64,000 bases of DNA from Mayamaea pseudoterrestris (Eukaryota). A program made the position numbers and the translations under genes. The stretch is taken from the NCBI GenBank assembly GCA_027923505.1, contig BROI01000002.1:558001-622000 (forward strand). The letters run 5' to 3'. Numbering within the stretch: position 1 is the stretch's first letter; each line of letters starts with the position of its first letter. Below the pieces are notes generated by a model. That model was given only the letters and a program-made list of their open reading frames with translations. It searched no databases and was not told the DNA's origin. Positions 58,538 through 64,000 of this stretch are shown here, piece by piece.

Positions 58538-60500
58538 ATTCTACACAACAGGTCATGGAAAGACTTCAAAAAGGATCTACAGACCCCATAATACAACCAA
58601 TATGGATTTGAATGTTGATTGGGACTCATAGACTTGTCCATTTGGGCGTAGAGCCATCACCATGCCCTGAGACTCCGCACATTCAACCAATGGTTGAATG
58701 TGCCAGCCCTGCTCCATTTTTGGCTGCAGGGATCATCAGCATTGCCCGCTGAGCCCTCCAATTTCTTTCAACTCATGTTTGTTGTCAATGATGGGCCATA
58801 AGTTGGTGAGTTGCACCTCAGCATCCATCACCATGAGACTGAACAGATCCAACAACTTGTTGGATCTGCTAGCGGCGCACCTCAAGTGGCAATTGAACCT
58901 TCCAAAATGGCCTGCAGACACCATAATACAACCAATATGGACTTGAACAATGATTGGGACTCATAGACTTGTCCATTTGGGCGTAGAGCCATCACCATGC
59001 CCTGAGACTCCGCACATTCAACCAATGGTTGAATGTGCCAGCCCTGCTCCCTTTTTGGCTGCAAAGATCATCAGCATTGCCCACTGAGCCCTCCAATTTC
59101 TTCCGAATCATGTTTGTTGTCAATGCCCCATAAGTTGGTGAATTGCACCTCAGCATCCATCACCATGTATGTCACAGTGAGACTGAGCAGATCCAACAAC
59201 TTGTTGGATCTGCTAGTGGTGCATTGAGACTTCCAAAATGGACTGCAGACCCCATAATACATTCAATATGGACTTGAACAATGATTGGGACTCATAGACT
59301 TGTCCATTTGGGCGTAGAGCCATCACCATGCCCTGAGACTCCGCACATTCAACCAATGGTTGAATGTGCCAGCCCTGCTCCCTTTTTGGCTGCAGGGATT
59401 ATCCGAATTGCCCACTGAGCCCTCCAATTTCTTTTAAATCATGTTTGTTGTCAATGCTGGGCCATAAGTTGGTGAGTTGCACCTCAGAATCCATCACCAT
59501 GTATGCCACAGTGAGACTGAGCAGATCCAACAACTTGTTGGATCTGCTAGCGGTGCACTTCAAGTGGCAATTGAGACTTCCAAAATGGTTTGCAGACCCC
59601 ATAATACATCCAATATGGACTTGAACAATGATTGAGACTCATAGGCTTGTCCATTCGGGCGTAGAGCCATCACCATGCCCTGAGACTCCGCACATTCAAC
59701 CAATGGTTGAATGTGCCAGCCCTGCTCCCTTTTTGGCTGCAGGGATCATCCGGATTGCCCGCTGAGCCCTCCAATTTCTTTCAAGTCATGTTTGATGTCA
59801 ATGCTGGGCCATAAGTTGGTGAGTTGCACCTCAGCATCCATCACCATGTCTGTCACAGTGAGACTGAGCAGATCCAACAACTTGTTGGATTTGCTAGCGG
59901 TGCACCTCAAGTGGCAATTGAACCTTCCAAAATGGACTGAAGACCCCATAATACATTTAATATGGACTTGAACAATGATTGGGACTCATAGACTTGTCCA
60001 TTTGGGTGTAGAGCCATCACCATGCCCTGAGACTCCGCACATTCAACCAATGGTTGAATGTGCCAGCCCTGCTCCCTTTTTGGCTGCAGGGATTATCCGA
60101 ATTGCCCACTGAGCCCTCCAATTTCTTTCAAATCATGTTTGTTGTCAATGCTGGGCCATAAGTTGGTGAGTTGCACCTCAGCATCCATCACCATGTATGC
60201 CACAGTGAGACTGAGCAGATCCAACAACTTGTTGGATCTGCTAGCGGTGCACTTCAAGTGGCAATTGAGACTTCCAAAATGGTCTGCAGACCCCATAATA
60301 CATCCAATATGGACTTGAACAATGATTGAGACTCATAGGCTTGTCCATTTGGGCGTAGAGCCATCACCATGCCCTGAGACTCTGCACATTCAACCAATGG
60401 TTGAATGTGCCAGCCCTGCTCCCTTTTTGGCTGCAAAGATCATCAGCATTGCCCGCTGAGCCCTCCAATTTCTTTCAAATCATGTTTGTTGTCAATGCTG

Positions 60501-61564
60501 GAGCGTCCGGTAAAATGACTTTTCGCCGAAAATGTCACACTGGCACTCATCATTCCGTTGACGAGACCCAAAAGCCGTTGCTGGCATGGCTAGCGTGGCG
60601 CGCCGGCACACCTAGCTGTTTTGCGAAGGCTAAATTCTTCTATCAGCACTTCGCTATAAGAACTTTGCTTAATCAGCACATTGCTATCAGAACTTTACTT
60701 TATCAGCAGAATGCTATCAGAACGTTTCTTATACAGAATTTCTGGGACTGTACGGGATAAAGTACAAATCGTTAGTACCGGTATTATCAATAGTCACAAA
60801 TAGACATAGTTACGCACAGCCATCCATGAAGATGAACCGTTGGCCTTCGACGACGCTCCTTGCCGCTTGCCGACCACCATAATCAGAAGCTGAAGAAGAC
60901 CGCTGCTCTTTATATAACAATTAAAGTAGACTAATTAATATATGACGATTTGATCTATCCAGTTGGTTTGCTGGCGCGGGCACTGTAGATCCCGCGACAG
61001 CACGATTTGTGTGGAGCATCAGTTCTGCTGCTCGCAGCAAACACGTTGTCCTTTTCGTAGGGAATCATCATTACAACACCAATTACAAAGCTCAAGCAAG
61101 CTTCTTGTCATGGCAAATACAAACATCCATCTTTAGCAGCAATCAGTATGGCTAGCCAGTGCTTGTCGATGGTGCCTGGTCGTCGTCGTCGTCGTCGTCG
61201 TCGTCGAAACTCGGTTGGTGGCAGTTGTACAATCATCGTCAAGGTATAAGTAAAGAAACAGCTGAATTGTCGCTAGCGACGAATCATATTCAACAAAAAT
61301 GTCAAATGTGCATAAAGTTCTTTTTCAAGGTTTTACTTAGACAAAAACCGTTATCAGCGAACTGCTATCAGCACATTGCTGACTAAGTAAATCGCTATCA
61401 GCAAAGTGCTGACTAAGTATTGCAAGCTGCTACAGGCGATCCATCGGCGCGCAAGCATAGCCTGGCTATGCACGCGCGCATTGTCGCCAATCAAATCTCA
61501 TCCACGACTAACAGCTGACCCGGTGCGACATTTTTCGTCAAAAAAGACATTTTACCGGAAGCTC
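60501..61564. mobile_element. Non-autonomous TIR element (MITE), probably PIF/Harbinger superfamily
   Basis: ~40-bp imperfect TIRs (GAGCGTCCGGTAAAATGACTTTT... / ...AAAAAGACATTTTACCGGAAGCTC), CTG duplicated at 60498-60500 and 61565-61567; the host monomer is longer by exactly 1064+3 bp; no transposase ORF. Confidence 0.9.
61179..61206. repeat. (TCG)n microsatellite inside the MITE
   Basis: About nine TCG/GTC units. Confidence 0.9.
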
Positions 61565-64000
61565 CTGGGCCATAAGTTGGTGAGTTGCACCTCAGCATCC
61601 ATCACCATGTATGTCACAGTGAGACTGAGCAGATCCAACAACTTGTTGGATCTGCTAGTGGTGCACCTTAAGTGGCAATTGAGACTTCCAAAATGGACTG
61701 CAGACCCCATAATACATTCAATATGGACTTGAACAATGATTGAGACTCATAGACTAGTCCATTTGGGCGTGGAGCCATCACCATGCCCTGAGACTCCGCA
61801 CATTCAACCAATGGTTGAATGTGCCAGCCCTGCTCCCATTTTGGCTGCAGAAATCATCAGCATTGCCTGCTGAGCCCTCTAATTTCTTTCAAACCATGTT
61901 TGTTGTCAATGCTGGGCCATAAGTTGGTGAGTTGCACCTCAGCATCCATCACCATGTCTGTCACAGTGAGACTGAGCAGATCCAACAACTTGTTGAATCT
62001 GCTAGCGGTGCACCTTAAGTGGCAATTGAACCTTCCAAAATGGCCTGCAGACCTCATAATACAACCAATATGGATTTGAACAATGATTGGGACTCAAAGA
62101 CTTGTCCATTTGGGCGTAGAGCCATCACCATGCCCTGAGACTCCGCACATTCAACCAATGGTTGAATGTGCCAGCCCTGCTCCCTTTTTGGCTGCAAAGA
62201 TCATCAGCATTGCCCGCTGAGCCCTCCAATTTCTTTCAAATCATGTTTGTTGTCAATGCTGGGCCATAAGTTGGTGAGTTGCACCTCAGCATCCATCACC
62301 ATGTCTGTCACAGTGAGACTGAGCAGATCCAACAACTTGTTGGATCTGCTAGCGTTGGATCTGCTAGCGGTGCACCTCAAGTGCCAATTGAGACTTCCAA
62401 AATGATCTACAGACCCCATAATACATTCAGTAAGGACTTGAACAATGATTGGGACTCATAGACTTGTCCATTCGGGCGTAGATCCATCACCATGCCCTGA
62501 GACTCCACACATTCAACCAATGGTTGAATGTGCCAGCCCTGCTCCCTTTTTGGCTGCAAAGATCATCAGCATTGCCTGCTGAGCCCTCCAATTTCTTTCA
62601 AATCATGTTTGTTGTCAATGCCCCATAAGTTGGTGAGTTGCACCTCAGCATCCATCACCATGTGTGTCACAGTGAGACTGAGCAGATCCAACAACTTGTT
62701 GGATCTGCTAGCGGTGCACCTCAAGTGGCAATTGAGACTTCCAAAATGGTCTGAAGACCCCATAATACAACCAGTAAGGACTTGAACAATGATTGAGACT
62801 CATAGACTTGTCCATTTGGGCATAGAGCCATCACCATGCCCTGAGACTCCACACATTCAACCAATGGTTGAATGTGCCAGCCCTGCTCCCTTTTTGGCTG
62901 CAGGGATTATCCGAATTGCCCGCTGAGCCCTCCAATTTCTTTCAAATCATGTTTGTTGTCAATGCTGGGCCATAAGTTGGTGAGTTGCACCTCAGCATCC
63001 ATCACCATGTAGCGACGTCACCCGTGGCAATTGAACCTTCAGCAAAAAAAGTCATTGGCAGGCATCACCTGCCCCGCAACTGAGCCCAACAACATGTTGG
63101 ACAAGTGTACTCAAGTGGCATTGAGATTCCAAGATGCGCCGCTAGACCCCAACAGCCAAACATGGACTTACCAGTTGAAGTGACTCAAGACTTGTCCATT
63201 TGGCGTAGGCCATCACTATGCCCTGAGACTCGCACATTCAACAACTGGTTGAATGTGCCAGCCTGCTCCTTTTTGGCTGCAGGGATAATCAGCATTGCCC
63301 GCTGAGCCCTCCAATTTCTTTCAAATCATGTTTGTTGTCAATGACTAGGCAATAAGTTGGTCCATTGCACCTCAGCATCCGTCACCATGAGACTGAACAG
63401 ATCCTACAACTTGTTGGATCTGCTAGCGGCGCACCTCAAGTGGCAATTGAACCTTCCAAAATGGCCTGCAGACCCCATAATACAACCAATATTTGGATTT
63501 GAATGTTGATTGGGACTCATAGACTTGTCCATTTGGGCGTAGAGCCATCACCATGCCCTGAGACTCCGCACACTCAACCAATGGTTGAATGTGCCAGCCC
63601 TGCTCCCTTTTTGGCTGCAAAGATCATCAGCATTGCCCGCTGAGCCCTCCAATTTCTTTCAAATCATGTTTGTTGTCAATGCTGGGCCATAAGTTGGTGA
63701 GTTGCACCTCAGCATCCATCAACATGTCTGTCACAGTGAGACTGAGCAGATCCAACAACTTGTTGGATCTGCTAGCGGTGCACCTCAAGTGGCAATTGAG
63801 ACTTCTAAAATGGTCTGCAGACCCCATAATACATCCAATATGGACTTGAACAATTATTGAGACTCATAGGCTTGTCCATTTGGGCGTAGAGCCATCACCA
63901 TGCCCTGAGACTCCACACATTCAACCAATGGTTGAATGTGCCAGCCCTGCTCCCATTTTGGCTGCAAAGATCATCAGCATTGCCCGCTGAGCCCTCCAAT

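Larger units (their letters stand above)
58560..64000. repeat. Tandem satellite, ~347-bp monomer (331-362), about 13 copies, continues beyond the window
   Basis: Palindrome-A centres at 58690, 59025, 59356, 59703, 60050, 60397, 61811, 62158, 62520, 62864, ~63245, 63581, 63928. Confidence 0.97.

Noticed and set aside
60780..61340. Transposase remnant inside the MITE
   Set aside because: Only short ORFs, no DDE or Myb-like motif seen.
58677..63941. Helitron 3' ends (hairpin + CTAG)
   Set aside because: CTAG overlaps the end of palindrome B rather than lying ~10 nt downstream, palindrome A has CCAG, and no Rep/helicase or 5' TC end is visible. Not excluded as a distant origin, but unsupported.
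58600..64000. CRISPR array or repeated small-protein genes (MCQPCS... ORFs)
   Set aside because: Sequences between the palindromes are themselves repeated rather than unique spacers, and there are no cas genes. The 347-bp period is not a multiple of 3, the ORFs have variable stops, and no domain is recognisable.

Overview
Gene-dense eukaryotic nuclear DNA, most likely from a diatom. This is inferred from short GT-AG introns, several signal-peptide + 'AF/GF' bipartite plastid presequences and diatom-type LRR and kinase families. The window has three zones. (1) 1-35.5 kb is single-copy: GT90/CAP10 glycosyltransferase (truncated), SDHAF2, HSF, JMJD8-like, TMEM53-like, a fused alpha-beta NAD(P) transhydrogenase with a plastid-type presequence, two paralogous unknown proteins flanking a mitochondrial carrier, FHA protein, LRR protein, TFIIH p34, ADAT/ADAR-type deaminase, CNBP-like, CCCH-DEDDh-RRM exonuclease, SDHA, PDCD5, DCAF13 and V-ATPase G. 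(2) 35528-58289 is a head-to-tail tandem duplication of an 11,381-bp six-gene block (one SNP noticed), including a TMEM65-GAF fusion. (3) About 58.6 kb to the end is a ~347-bp satellite interrupted by a 1,064-bp Harbinger-like MITE (3-bp CTG TSD). The most striking signal is in the satellite. Each monomer is an old dimer of ~174-bp halves, each centred on a 27-29 bp palindrome, and the two palindromes differ by three fully compensated base-pair changes. All calls come from reading the sequence; no database searches were run.
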